Virus record (IMG/VR): IMGVR_UViG_3300032092_000001
Reading direction: 5' to 3' (one strand)
From: a virus
Lineage: Duplodnaviria; Caudoviricetes
DNA: 64,000 bases
Each line of letters starts with the position of its first letter. Position 1 is the first letter of the stretch. The translations under genes were made by a program, and so were the position numbers. The notes under the pieces are model-generated. The model searched no databases, was not told where the DNA came from, and saw only the letters and a program-made list of their open reading frames with translations. Positions 29,669 through 38,608 of the stretch are shown in pieces.

Positions 29669-30882
29669 AGTATCTGCCCATTACGTCCCACCTTGAGTTG
29701 CTTATTGTTGTTTTCAAAAACCAAATTACCTTTGTTTGTTTTCCCAACAAAATTAACTTTTGGGAATTTTAACATGATATCTTTAGCCACTTTTCTTTGT
29801 TCTTTAGATTCACTTAATCTGTTGATTTCATTAACTGAATTTTGAACCTTACTCTTTAATTGTGTTTTGTTATTTTCTTTCTTTTCGTTAATGAATTTTT
29901 TTTCATTTTCGTTAATCACAAAGTAACCTTTCAAAATTTTATCAACCTGACTTTCTTTGAAGATGTTATTAAACACTCCACTTAAAAAGTCTTCTTCTTT
30001 AACTTCACCTTCATTCCAATTCTCAGTCATTTCTGAATCAACAGGTAACTCTTCATCTCCAACTGGTAATTCTTCATCACCCATCTCATCTTCCATCCCT
30101 CCCATATCCTCAACATCTTCATCTTCACCTTCTAATTTACCAATAATGTCCTCTTTATCGTCTTCATCTAAGTTATCACTTATTGCCGACAATATAGAGT
30201 TAATTACGTATTTAGCGTCTTTTGATGAGATATCTTCTTCATTATCTTGTAAATCTCTAATTTTTTGAGCTAATTTACCTGTTAATTTTTGAATAGTTTT
30301 GAAAGAAACATCTTCGTTATCTTCCATATCATTATCTGACGGCATTTCATCAGATGGTTCAGGTAAATCCATTGGTTCTTCAGGACCCATTTCATCATCC
30401 ATAGATGGCATCTCAGGCTCTGCAGGTGATGGTGTGGGTTCCGGCATCGGAGCGTCAATAGGTTCTTCCATTGGTGATGGTTCCTCAGCAGATACCTCAG
30501 GTTTTGGAGTTCTTAATGTATATTTCTTTTGCTCACTAAATAATGAAATACCCTCAACAGTTTCTGTCAATGTATTAACTTCTTTAGCAATTAAATTTAA
30601 TCTTTTGAAGGCTGCAGAATAAGAAGTATAATGTCTTCTATTTTTCATAGGTTCAATATAGTCAGAAACTGATTCATTAATTTGTTTCTTAATAACGTAA
30701 CCCATTTTTTCTTTAGCTATTTCATAGGTATACCCATCAGCTAATTTTACTTGGTATTCAGTTGATGACGATTCATTAATGTTTTGCTTTGGAGTTTCTT
30801 TGTACTTGGCAATTTCCAAAATTCTTTTTAATTTGTCATCTCCTTGTAGTTTTTCACTACCTATTGGTTTTAATTTACTCAT
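29665..30882 (-). CDS. Hypothetical acidic, Pro-rich late protein, probable prohead core/internal protein
   Basis: Many INE/FSE/MTE/FKE/LSE sites; PEEPM-type low-complexity stretch. Confidence 0.55.
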   Translation of the reverse strand: MSKLKPIGSEKLQGDDKLKRILEIAKYKETPKQNINESSSTEYQVKLADGYTYEIAKEKMGYVIKKQINESVSDYIEPMKNRRHYTSYSAAFKRLNLIAKEVNTLTETVEGISLFSEQKKYTLRTPKPEVSAEEPSPMEEPIDAPMPEPTPSPAEPEMPSMDDEMGPEEPMDLPEPSDEMPSDNDMEDNEDVSFKTIQKLTGKLAQKIRDLQDNEEDISSKDAKYVINSILSAISDNLDEDDKEDIIGKLEGEDEDVEDMGGMEDEMGDEELPVGDEELPVDSEMTENWNEGEVKEEDFLSGVFNNIFKESQVDKILKGYFVINENEKKFINEKKENNKTQLKSKVQNSVNEINRLSESKEQRKVAKDIMLKFPKVNFVGKTNKGNLVFENNNKQLKVGRNGQIL

Positions 30883-30897
30883 TTTTTTATAAAAATT

Positions 30898-31077
30898 TTA
30901 GCTATTTAATCCGTTAAATCCACCGATAGTTACGGCTTGTAATTGAACTACAGTGTCAGTACCATTATCTTTAGTGTAAATTGGGTGTGGTTGTAATGTT
31001 GACGAACAAGTCGCGCATGACCCAGTTGTTGCATTTATAACAACATAAGTGTAAGTACCTGAAGAATATTGTGCCAT
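30898..31077 (-). CDS. Small 59-aa protein missed by ORF track (MAQYSSGTYTYVVINATTGSCATCSS...GGFNGLNS)
   Basis: Hand translation; TATTTAT 14 nt upstream; fills an otherwise empty gap. Confidence 0.7.
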   Translation of the reverse strand: MAQYSSGTYTYVVINATTGSCATCSSTLQPHPIYTKDNGTDTVVQLQAVTIGGFNGLNS

Positions 31078-31144
31078 AGTAGTTTTTCTTAATAAATATA
31101 TTAATGTTACGGATTTTTTTTAAATATCTTAAAATAACAAAAAA

Positions 31145-31867
31145 TTAGTCTAATGATAATTCTTTATCTATTAGATTATTTTCTAAATCAAATAATTTTT
31201 CAAGGTAGTTACTCCTTCTAAGATATTTGAAAACGAGATTTTCATATGAATATTCCCCACCTTCTTTTAATCCTGAACTTCTATATTTTTTAAGTTTTTC
31301 TTTAAACTTTTTAATATATTCTCTTGCTTCATCAATTTCCTTTAGAGATGCATTTTCAACTACAGTATCTATCTGAGATGTCCAGTTTGAAATTTTTGAT
31401 TTTAATAACTCAGTATCAATCTTTGGATTTTCTTTCTCGGGTTTTACTTCCCACTCGTCAAACATTACTGAATAAACACCAGAACTAAAGTGAGCTTCAG
31501 AAGCATTCTGTACGTATAACTCAACTTCATATCCAAACATTCTTATGTCGTGATTATTATTGAATATTGTTTTTTTAACTTTAAATAACTCTTCATATAA
31601 CGGTAATGTCTCTTTATCAAATTGCTCAAAGTCACATACAACGTGTAAATCAATGTCAGAAAACTCGGACCAATTATAATTGGCTAACGACCCTGTAAAA
31701 ATAATGTCCTCAACAAGTAATGGAATACCAATAAAGTCAATAAATTCATTAGATACCTCTAATAACTTTTCACGTACAGTTTCATTTAAACTTAAATCCT
31801 CATTCCAAATTTTAGGATTTAGTTCATTTTTACCAAAAAAACTTTTTATAATTTTGTTGTTACTCAC
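31145..31867 (-). CDS. Nucleotidyltransferase, DNA pol beta superfamily
   Basis: FTGSLANYNWSEFSDIDLHV (GS...DxD), third acidic strand VELYVQ. Confidence 0.8.
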   Translation of the reverse strand: MSNNKIIKSFFGKNELNPKIWNEDLSLNETVREKLLEVSNEFIDFIGIPLLVEDIIFTGSLANYNWSEFSDIDLHVVCDFEQFDKETLPLYEELFKVKKTIFNNNHDIRMFGYEVELYVQNASEAHFSSGVYSVMFDEWEVKPEKENPKIDTELLKSKISNWTSQIDTVVENASLKEIDEAREYIKKFKEKLKKYRSSGLKEGGEYSYENLVFKYLRRSNYLEKLFDLENNLIDKELSLD

Positions 31868-31887
31868 ATTAATAAATATATTAAGAG

Positions 31888-32130
31888 TTACAATCTTTTA
31901 TACTTATATTTTTTTGAAATTTCCTTACTGAAAAATGAACCTTGTGATTCCGACATTCTAAATCTTGTGAAAATTTGAATTGGAACATCTTCATATTCAT
32001 ATTGAGCATTGTTTTTAAATCCAATTACTAATTTGCTAGTCGCAGTATCAAATTCCGCACTGTTAATATTTGACGACTCAACCTCACAAATAATTTTAGT
32101 TCCATTGATAGTTTCTTTTTTGATTGCCAT
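31888..32130 (-). CDS. KTSC domain protein
   Basis: VESSNINSAEFD...LVIGFKNN..YEYEDVP......SQGSFF; start trimmed to MAIKKE. Confidence 0.85.
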   Translation of the reverse strand: MAIKKETINGTKIICEVESSNINSAEFDTATSKLVIGFKNNAQYEYEDVPIQIFTRFRMSESQGSFFSKEISKKYKYKRL

Positions 32131-32213
32131 ATTTTTTAATTTTATATCGTTAAACATAAACCAAAAATGTTGAATTTTAAATATTTTAATATTACACTTA
32201 AAAAAAAATAGAT

Positions 32214-34253
32214 ATGATAGAATCCGCAGACGACAGTGCAAAAAATCCAAAAAAGGTTGAGACTTCATCCAATACTCCAGTTTTAGATAACTTTAGCCGA
32301 GATTTAATAAAATTGGCTGAAGAAGGTAAATTAGACCCAGTTGTTGGTAGGGAGAATGAAATTCTAAGAATCGCTCAAATCCTTTCAAGAAGAAAGAAAA
32401 ATAATCCAATTATTATTGGTGAACCTGGTTGTGGTAAAACCGCAATTGTTGAAGGCTTGGCAATGAAAATCTTTGAGGGTGATTGCCCAAGGAATCTTTT
32501 AGATAAAAGAATTCTTTCATTGGAGATTAATTCAATTGTTGCTGGTACAAAATATCGCGGTCAATTTGAAGAGAGATTAAAGGTTATTTTGGAAGAAATA
32601 CAATCAAACCCAAATGTAATATTATTCATTGATGAGATTCACACTATTGTAGGTGCAGGAAATGCATCAGGTTCATTAGACGCCTCAAATATTTTAAAAC
32701 CAGCGTTATCAAGAGGTGAAATTCAATGTATTGGAGCAACAACTTTAGATGAGTATAAGAAACAAATTGAAAAGGACGGGGCATTAGATAGACGATTCCA
32801 AAAAGTAGTAGTTAGTTCCTCAACCAAAGATGAAACCTTACAGATTTTAAAGAATGTTAAAGACAAATACGAAACTTACCATAGAGTTAGTTATCCTGAT
32901 ACTATTCTTCAAATTTGTGTTGATTTGGCAGAACGTTATATCACCGACAGAGAATTTCCAGATAAAGCTTTTGATATTTTAGATGAAGTCGGAGCAAGAG
33001 CTCAAGTAGATGTTAAAAACCCTGAGATTATTGAGGACTTAAAAAAACAAGCTCAAGATATCCGTAATCAAAAATTACTTGTAGTTAAGAAGCAAAACTA
33101 CGAGGAAGCTGCGAATTTGAGGGATAAGGAAAAAAAGATTATGACTCAACTTGACACTGAGAAAAAGAAGTTTGAGCAAGAATTATTAAATAATAGAAAA
33201 GAAGTAATGGAAGATTTAGTCTATGAGGTAGTATCAACTATGACAAAAATACCTCTAACTAAATTAAGTTTGGATGATAAGAATGTTTTAATAAATCTTG
33301 AGGATGAATTATCTAAATCAGTTATCGGACAAGTAGAAGCGATTCAGAAAATTTCAAAATCAATTAGAAGAAATCGTTTAGGTATTAAAGACCCAAACAA
33401 ACCAATCGGTTCATTTATTTTCTTGGGGTCAACAGGTGTTGGTAAAACATTGTTGGCTAAGGAATTGGCAAAACAAATATTTGGAAGTGAAGATAATTTA
33501 ATCCGTGTTGACATGAGTGAATTCCAAGAGAAACATTCAGTGTCACGACTAATTGGTTCTCCTCCCGGATACGTTGGGTATGATGAGGGGGGTCAATTGA
33601 CCGAACAGGTTAAAACAAAACCATATTCAGTTGTATTATTTGATGAGGTAGAAAAGGCCCACAAAGATATTTTCTCAGCACTTCTTCAACTTTTAGATGA
33701 AGGGTATATGACCGACAGTTTTGGTAGAAAAATTAACTTCAAAAATTGTTTGATTATCATGACATCTAATTTAGGGGTTAAGAAAATGCAAGAATTTGGT
33801 AGTGGTATTGGATTTAGTAAAACTAATAACGTTTACGCAAATGAGGAGTTTAAGAAAAATATGTTAAATAAAGAACTAAAGACCCACTTCGCACCTGAGT
33901 TCATTAACCGATTAGATGAAGTCATCGTATTCAACACACTTCAAAATGAAGATGTTAAAAAAATTGTAGTGGTTGAGATGTCAAAATTAACTAAAAGATT
34001 AAATGATTTAGGTTATAAGATATTGTTTGATGAAAGTGTAATTGAATTTATCACTAAGGTTGGGTTTGATGATGTTTACGGAGCCCGTCCACTAAAGAGA
34101 GCAATTCAAGAAAAACTTGAGGACTTTATATCAGACGAAGTTCTTAGGGGAACTATCACTGAAGATAAAGAGTATCAAATATCAATTAAAGATGAATTAG
34201 TCCTAATTGATGAGATTAAGAAAAAAGTAACAAGAAAGAAAAAGGGAGAATAA
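32214..34253 (+). CDS. clpC: ClpC-type AAA+ ATPase lacking the N-terminal domain
   Basis: GKLDPVVGRE, GEPGCGKT, GTKYRGQFEER, FIDEIH, GSTGVGKT, RLIGSPPGYVG, FDEVEKAH, UVR-like YEEAANLRD, IGF loop (GSGIGFS), GARPLKR. Confidence 0.9.
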   Translation: MIESADDSAKNPKKVETSSNTPVLDNFSRDLIKLAEEGKLDPVVGRENEILRIAQILSRRKKNNPIIIGEPGCGKTAIVEGLAMKIFEGDCPRNLLDKRILSLEINSIVAGTKYRGQFEERLKVILEEIQSNPNVILFIDEIHTIVGAGNASGSLDASNILKPALSRGEIQCIGATTLDEYKKQIEKDGALDRRFQKVVVSSSTKDETLQILKNVKDKYETYHRVSYPDTILQICVDLAERYITDREFPDKAFDILDEVGARAQVDVKNPEIIEDLKKQAQDIRNQKLLVVKKQNYEEAANLRDKEKKIMTQLDTEKKKFEQELLNNRKEVMEDLVYEVVSTMTKIPLTKLSLDDKNVLINLEDELSKSVIGQVEAIQKISKSIRRNRLGIKDPNKPIGSFIFLGSTGVGKTLLAKELAKQIFGSEDNLIRVDMSEFQEKHSVSRLIGSPPGYVGYDEGGQLTEQVKTKPYSVVLFDEVEKAHKDIFSALLQLLDEGYMTDSFGRKINFKNCLIIMTSNLGVKKMQEFGSGIGFSKTNNVYANEEFKKNMLNKELKTHFAPEFINRLDEVIVFNTLQNEDVKKIVVVEMSKLTKRLNDLGYKILFDESVIEFITKVGFDDVYGARPLKRAIQEKLEDFISDEVLRGTITEDKEYQISIKDELVLIDEIKKKVTRKKKGE

Positions 34254-34268
34254 ATCTCCCTTTTTTTT
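34241..34268. terminator. Bidirectional terminator between clpC and peptidase
   Basis: aaagggaga-ataaa-tctccc-tttttttt. Confidence 0.75.
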
Positions 34269-34270
34269 AT

Positions 34271-35089
34271 TTAGAACATTCCTTTCGGATAATCTTGTTT
34301 GAATTTATACTTGGTATTCCCAAGTTCCTCAATCAGTTTCATACCCGACTTTACACCTGCAAATACTTCATCAACCACAACATATTCATTCTTTGTATGA
34401 TAACTGTGGTACCCCACAGAGATATTAATACATGAAAAATCAAATTGTTTCTTTAACTGCCAAACATCAGTAAATGGATGTTGCATAAATTTTGGTTCTG
34501 ATAACATATTTTCATTCAACACTTGTTTTGATGTGTTGTGAAATATAGAATCAGTTTCAAACAATTTAACACCATAACAATACTCTGTAACCATGTAATC
34601 ACCAGGAGCATCAAATTGAATTGCATAACCCACGTTACTAAAGAAATTCGCATCCGCACTTTTAGAACCAATACATCCAACTTCTTCAGATACAAAAAAT
34701 GCCGCTTTAATTACGTCAAACTCTTCCAATAGTTGCAAACATGCAAATACCCCACATTTGTCATCACCACCAATTCCTGTGGGTAGACCTTCGTCATTGT
34801 AAGCTTTTAGTGAAAAAGATTTCTCTCCTTTAGAGTTCGGTAGATATTCCTCACGGATATTAATTGTGTCAAGGTGATGTACCGTATCAGTGTGAGCTAC
34901 AACACATGGATAAGATTCTCCATCATTAATGGTTCCTTTTACTACATAGATATTCCCAAGTTCATCTATCTTATATTCATATCCTTTATCAAACAAATAG
35001 TTGATAAGATATTCAATCATTTCATCTTCTTGAAACGAATGGGTCGGTACAGATAGTACCGATTTAAGGAAATCTATATTTTCAATCAT
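34271..35089 (-). CDS. Zn metallopeptidase, M20/M28/M42 clan
   Basis: VAHTDTV, GGDDKCG, SEEVG, QFDAPG, SVGYH..HT. Confidence 0.85.
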   Translation of the reverse strand: MIENIDFLKSVLSVPTHSFQEDEMIEYLINYLFDKGYEYKIDELGNIYVVKGTINDGESYPCVVAHTDTVHHLDTINIREEYLPNSKGEKSFSLKAYNDEGLPTGIGGDDKCGVFACLQLLEEFDVIKAAFFVSEEVGCIGSKSADANFFSNVGYAIQFDAPGDYMVTEYCYGVKLFETDSIFHNTSKQVLNENMLSEPKFMQHPFTDVWQLKKQFDFSCINISVGYHSYHTKNEYVVVDEVFAGVKSGMKLIEELGNTKYKFKQDYPKGMF

Positions 35090-35094
35090 AACGA

Positions 35095-35124
35095 CAAATA
35101 TAGTAAAGATTATGATTCAAACAA
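35095..35124 (-). promoter_or_regulatory. Bacteroidota-type sigma-A promoter for the peptidase gene
   Basis: Minus strand TTG-N19-TATATTTG, ending a few nt before ATG 35089. Confidence 0.6.
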
Positions 35125-36180
35125 TGTTGGATGGTATAAATAATTTAAAAAATTATCGTATGTAAATGTCCTTTTTTTACTCATATAAGTATTTCTATCC
35201 CTTTCGTGTAGAATAATATGCCCGTTAACTACATCAACCACTTTAAATTCCATATTGGACTCCTTACCAAAATTCTTTCTTGATGGAATTTTAGTCCAAT
35301 TACCTAACTGAATACCTAATTTATCTAATTGTTTATATACTTCAGCATTTTTAGTTAATTCTCCTTCCTCATTCATTTCCTCAACTTTCTCCTCAATCTT
35401 ATCTAATTGTCTACTAACTTCTTTTTGGAAACCTTCGTTATCAAAGTTCATATCATCGTAATAAGCGTAATAATCTTCGTATAAATCTTCATCTAAACCT
35501 AAATCATGGTCTTTAACAAATTTCTTCAATACTTCTAATAAATTATCATCTTCACCAGAGTTTGTTTTTTTCCAAAATGAAATTAATAAATTAACTGTGG
35601 TAAAATATTTGTAAGCACAAGTTTTTTCATAAATCCCATAATCATCAAATTTTTTACAAAATTTATTATCTAAATACTGTCTAAGTCCACTAACTAACGC
35701 ATCGTCAAATTTTGCGGCGTAGTCATAAACTATCTCAGATATTTCTCTATCAAAAGTATCTTGCATGAACTCAAAAACTTTTCTATTGTTTTCATCTTTC
35801 AAATACTCTGAATAAAGAGTTGGATTTACTTGTCTTAATAACTCCTCAAATTTGGTTTTATTTTCTTCACTAAAGTATCTAATTAGATAGCCTTCTTTCC
35901 AATCATCTTGCATTGAATACGAATCTATAAAAACATAATCTCCGCCATAATAATTACTAAACACAACATTAAGTAGATATGAATTATTCGTATCTTCATC
36001 TTTGTTAGTGAATATACTAAGGTAATCGTCTTTGTCAAAAGTTAGAGTAACTAATGACTTACCAAGATTTTCAGAGTTAACTCTACTAACTTTAATGATT
36101 CCATCTTCGTCCAAGTATTCTAATTGTCTTGAATCAATTTTACCTTCGGAAAACTCTTTTAACGCATCTAATAATGACAT
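35110..36180 (-). CDS. Hypothetical acidic late protein
   Basis: 356-aa ORF; TATTTAT 14 nt upstream. Confidence 0.7.
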   Translation of the reverse strand: MSLLDALKEFSEGKIDSRQLEYLDEDGIIKVSRVNSENLGKSLVTLTFDKDDYLSIFTNKDEDTNNSYLLNVVFSNYYGGDYVFIDSYSMQDDWKEGYLIRYFSEENKTKFEELLRQVNPTLYSEYLKDENNRKVFEFMQDTFDREISEIVYDYAAKFDDALVSGLRQYLDNKFCKKFDDYGIYEKTCAYKYFTTVNLLISFWKKTNSGEDDNLLEVLKKFVKDHDLGLDEDLYEDYYAYYDDMNFDNEGFQKEVSRQLDKIEEKVEEMNEEGELTKNAEVYKQLDKLGIQLGNWTKIPSRKNFGKESNMEFKVVDVVNGHIILHERDRNTYMSKKRTFTYDNFLNYLYHPTLFES

Positions 36181-36202
36181 AAAAACTTTTTATTATAAAT
36201 AC

Positions 36203-36233
36203 TTGTGTATTAGAGAATATATTTATATCTTTG
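36203..36233 (+). promoter_or_regulatory. Bacteroidota-type promoter for tmRNA
   Basis: TTG(36203)-N20-TATCTTTG(36226-36233). Confidence 0.65.
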
Positions 36234-36254
36234 TATCATAGTTCTTTGATTTAT

Positions 36255-36647
36255 GGGGATGTTTTTGGCTTTGACAGGAATGGATTTGTCATAAAACGCA
36301 CGTCGGGGCTAAGCTAACCCTGTAGAACTGGCTTAAATAGTAAACGGCAACGTTATCAACAAACTTTCTTCAATCGGTTTAATCCGTACTGAAGAAGTAT
36401 CTGTAGCTTAATCTAGGATTAACCTACTAGGGGTCGGCAGACATACAACCTTGCAACAGAAGTCGTAGTAGTGGTGTGGTTTCTACCCAAAAAGAAACAA
36501 GTGGAGGATTAGTTCTCAGTAAACCGAACCACTATAAAATAAGGGAATTGTGAAGTTTCGGATTGTTTAGAAAAACAATGACCTAAGCGTGTAGTGTTTT
36601 ATGGTAGACATTTTTGGACCCGGGTTCGACCCCCGGCATCTCCACCA
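36255..36647 (+). ncRNA. ssrA: tmRNA; tag ORF 36346-36411 = (A)GNVINKLSSIGLIRTEEVSVA*
   Basis: 5' GGGGATGTTTTTGGCTTTGAC; 3' GGACCCGGGTTCGACCCCCGGCATCTCCACCA; acceptor GGGGATG/CATCTCC with G3.U; resume context TAAAC-GGC. Confidence 0.92.
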
Positions 36648-36653
36648 AATAAT

Positions 36654-36674
36654 AAAGGGACTTAATGTCCCTTT
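36654..36674. terminator. Terminator after tmRNA
   Basis: aaagggac-ttaat-gtcccttt. Confidence 0.7.
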
Positions 36675-36676
36675 AT

Positions 36677-37504
36677 TTATTTTATAATTTTTTTCTTTTT
36701 TTGAATGTCTTCAAATAGCGAATCTTTAGCTGTAGATATTAAATCTTTTAATTTAAACCCAGCTATGGATATTTCCCCTGTATTATCTTTACTAACAGAA
36801 TCTCCACCAAATAAATTAGTTACCTCTTGTGTAAATTTTTCTCCGTCGTTATCTAAATCTAAATTTGCAATAAAACCTAACCCAAAAATATTTAAAATTT
36901 TAGATAATTTATCAGTGTTCTGTATTGGGGTTTCTTCAGTATCATCAAATTTGATATTACCTAAAGAACTTTCATCATAATTAGTTTTACAAAAACTATC
37001 AACATGTCTACTTTCATCTTTTGCAACTTCAGAATATGATAAATGAAAATGTCCTCCAGTTGAGTGAGCACTTGGATGTCTATACTCATCAATAAATGTA
37101 AACCCATTCATCTCATTTCTGGCCGAACATAAAATAATTGATATTTCATCTAAGGTTTTATTTTTATCTGAACCCCCACCACTAAATGTCACATCAATTG
37201 CATTTCCTTTTGTATGTCGACTATTGCCGAATTTTCTATGGAAATTATCGTTACCTGAACCAAATGTGAATTTAATATCCGGTAAATTTTCTTTAAAAGA
37301 TTTTGCAACTTTTTTAATTATATCCGCAAATTTGGAAGTCAGGTCTCCATAATCATCCATATTTGATTGTGTTTTATAACCTAATCCCGAAAGATAACTT
37401 TTCAAATTATTCGCATTAACATGGTTTTCCATAGACTCATTAATTTTCTCAATACCTGAGTTTTTTTTAAAGCTGTATATTTCCTCTAATAATTCTTTTT
37501 GCAT
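36677..37504 (-). CDS. Peptidase M15 (LAS)-like peptidoglycan hydrolase with N-terminal leader
   Basis: SRHTKGNAID (Hx6D) and GHFHLS (HxH); start trimmed to MQKELLEEI...KINE. Confidence 0.7.
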   Translation of the reverse strand: MQKELLEEIYSFKKNSGIEKINESMENHVNANNLKSYLSGLGYKTQSNMDDYGDLTSKFADIIKKVAKSFKENLPDIKFTFGSGNDNFHRKFGNSRHTKGNAIDVTFSGGGSDKNKTLDEISIILCSARNEMNGFTFIDEYRHPSAHSTGGHFHLSYSEVAKDESRHVDSFCKTNYDESSLGNIKFDDTEETPIQNTDKLSKILNIFGLGFIANLDLDNDGEKFTQEVTNLFGGDSVSKDNTGEISIAGFKLKDLISTAKDSLFEDIQKKKKIIK

Positions 37505-37517
37505 ATTTATAAATATG
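37502..37517. promoter_or_regulatory. Perfect 16-bp palindrome holding both divergent start codons and late motif
   Basis: CATATTTATAAATATG. Confidence 0.75.
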
Positions 37518-38285
37518 GATAAAAATAAATTAATCTCACTGTCAAATAGATTAGGGAGAACTATTCTAAAGAAATATTCGGGTAAAATGAAACCTGGAGA
37601 TGCATATAATGAACTAAGAAAGGAAGAACAATATAGTTTTTTATTTAAACAACCAAATGGGCACATTGTTATTATCTGTTTTTTAGTTTCAATACCTGAA
37701 AGTCAAAGAGAGACTCAATTTGATAATATAGTGTCAAATTTATTCACATTTACATATTATACAATTGAATCTGACGAAGTTGATGAGGAGTGTGGTGATT
37801 GTTACGGTAATGGAACGGTCGATTGTAGTAATTGTGATGGTAATGGTAAGGTTGATTGTGATGAATGTGGGGGTGATGGTGAAGATTCAGATGGTGATAC
37901 TTGTAACAGATGTGATGGTGAAGGTGATTTTGAATGTGACTATTGTGGTAGTAGTGGACAAGAGACTTGTGACAGATGTGACGGACAAGGTTATATCAAA
38001 TTAGACGATACTTATGAAATTGAACAGTATTATTGCACATCATACGACCCAAATATACTTGAAGTTTGTGAAATGTATGACGAAGATGAGATTGTGGTAT
38101 CAGGTGATATTAATACTATTGAGAATAGAAAAAAAACAATAGTATTATATACCGATACGAGAAATATTGAGGAAAACAGTGAGTTATATAGGGGTGATAT
38201 CCATTTTTACGAATATAATAGGGACCCTGAATTTTATGGTAACGGTAACTATATTTCCGACACCCACATTAATGATAAAGATTAA
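37515..38285 (+). CDS. Protein with DnaJ-type CxxCxGxG zinc-finger repeats, no J domain
   Basis: Six CxxCxGxG repeats (CGDCYGNG...CDRCDGQG); no HPD motif. Confidence 0.7.
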   Translation: MDKNKLISLSNRLGRTILKKYSGKMKPGDAYNELRKEEQYSFLFKQPNGHIVIICFLVSIPESQRETQFDNIVSNLFTFTYYTIESDEVDEECGDCYGNGTVDCSNCDGNGKVDCDECGGDGEDSDGDTCNRCDGEGDFECDYCGSSGQETCDRCDGQGYIKLDDTYEIEQYYCTSYDPNILEVCEMYDEDEIVVSGDINTIENRKKTIVLYTDTRNIEENSELYRGDIHFYEYNRDPEFYGNGNYISDTHINDKD

Positions 38286-38312
38286 AAAAAGAGGACTTTT
38301 GTCCTCTTTTTT
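38284..38312. terminator. Bidirectional terminator
   Basis: aaaaaaagaggac-tttt-gtcctctttttt. Confidence 0.8.
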
Positions 38313-38316
38313 ATTA

Positions 38317-38393
38317 TGGTACCCCCGACAGGATTCAAACCTGTGACCGCAAAATTAGAAATTTTGTGCTCTGTTCTGCTGAGCTACGGAGGC
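38317..38393 (-). tRNA. tRNA-Arg(UCU) with encoded CCA
   Basis: GCCTCCG acceptor, GCTC/GAGC D stem, CAAAA-TTTCTAA-TTTTG anticodon arm, ACAGG-TTTGAAT-CCTGT T arm, ACCA end; 77 nt. Confidence 0.9.
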
Positions 38394-38405
38394 ATTTATC
38401 TGTTA

Positions 38406-38437
38406 CAAATATAGACAAAATTTGTTACAAAATCAAA
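38406..38437 (-). promoter_or_regulatory. Bacteroidota-type promoter for tRNA-Arg
   Basis: Minus strand TTTG-N20-TATATTTG. Confidence 0.65.
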
Positions 38438-38606
38438 TCTTTTTTACGACGTATCTATATCCCGAATCGGAATTCATCTGAAGAATGTTTTTAAAATCTT
38501 CAGCTTTAACTTCAGTGTCAAACTCTAAAACCTCATCTTGTGAATTAAGAATTATAACAGGTAATTCTTTTTTATCTAACTTAATATATTTTATAATACA
38601 ATACAT
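38433..38606 (-). CDS. Small 57-aa hypothetical protein missed by ORF track (MYCIIKYIKLDKKELPV...)
   Basis: Hand translation; starts 2 nt after upstream stop. Confidence 0.6.
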   Translation of the reverse strand: MYCIIKYIKLDKKELPVIILNSQDEVLEFDTEVKAEDFKNILQMNSDSGYRYVVKKI

Positions 38607-38608
38607 AA

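Noticed and set aside
32214-34253. Calling this gene clpB
   Set aside because: Short UVR-type middle domain and IGF loop fit ClpC, not the long ClpB coiled coil
37508-37515. Canonical T4 late promoter TATAAATA on the sense strand
   Set aside because: Here it ends on the A of the start codon; at unidirectional late genes the sense strand shows TATTTAT instead
37515-38285. Calling this gene dnaJ
   Set aside because: No J domain or HPD motif; only the zinc-finger repeats
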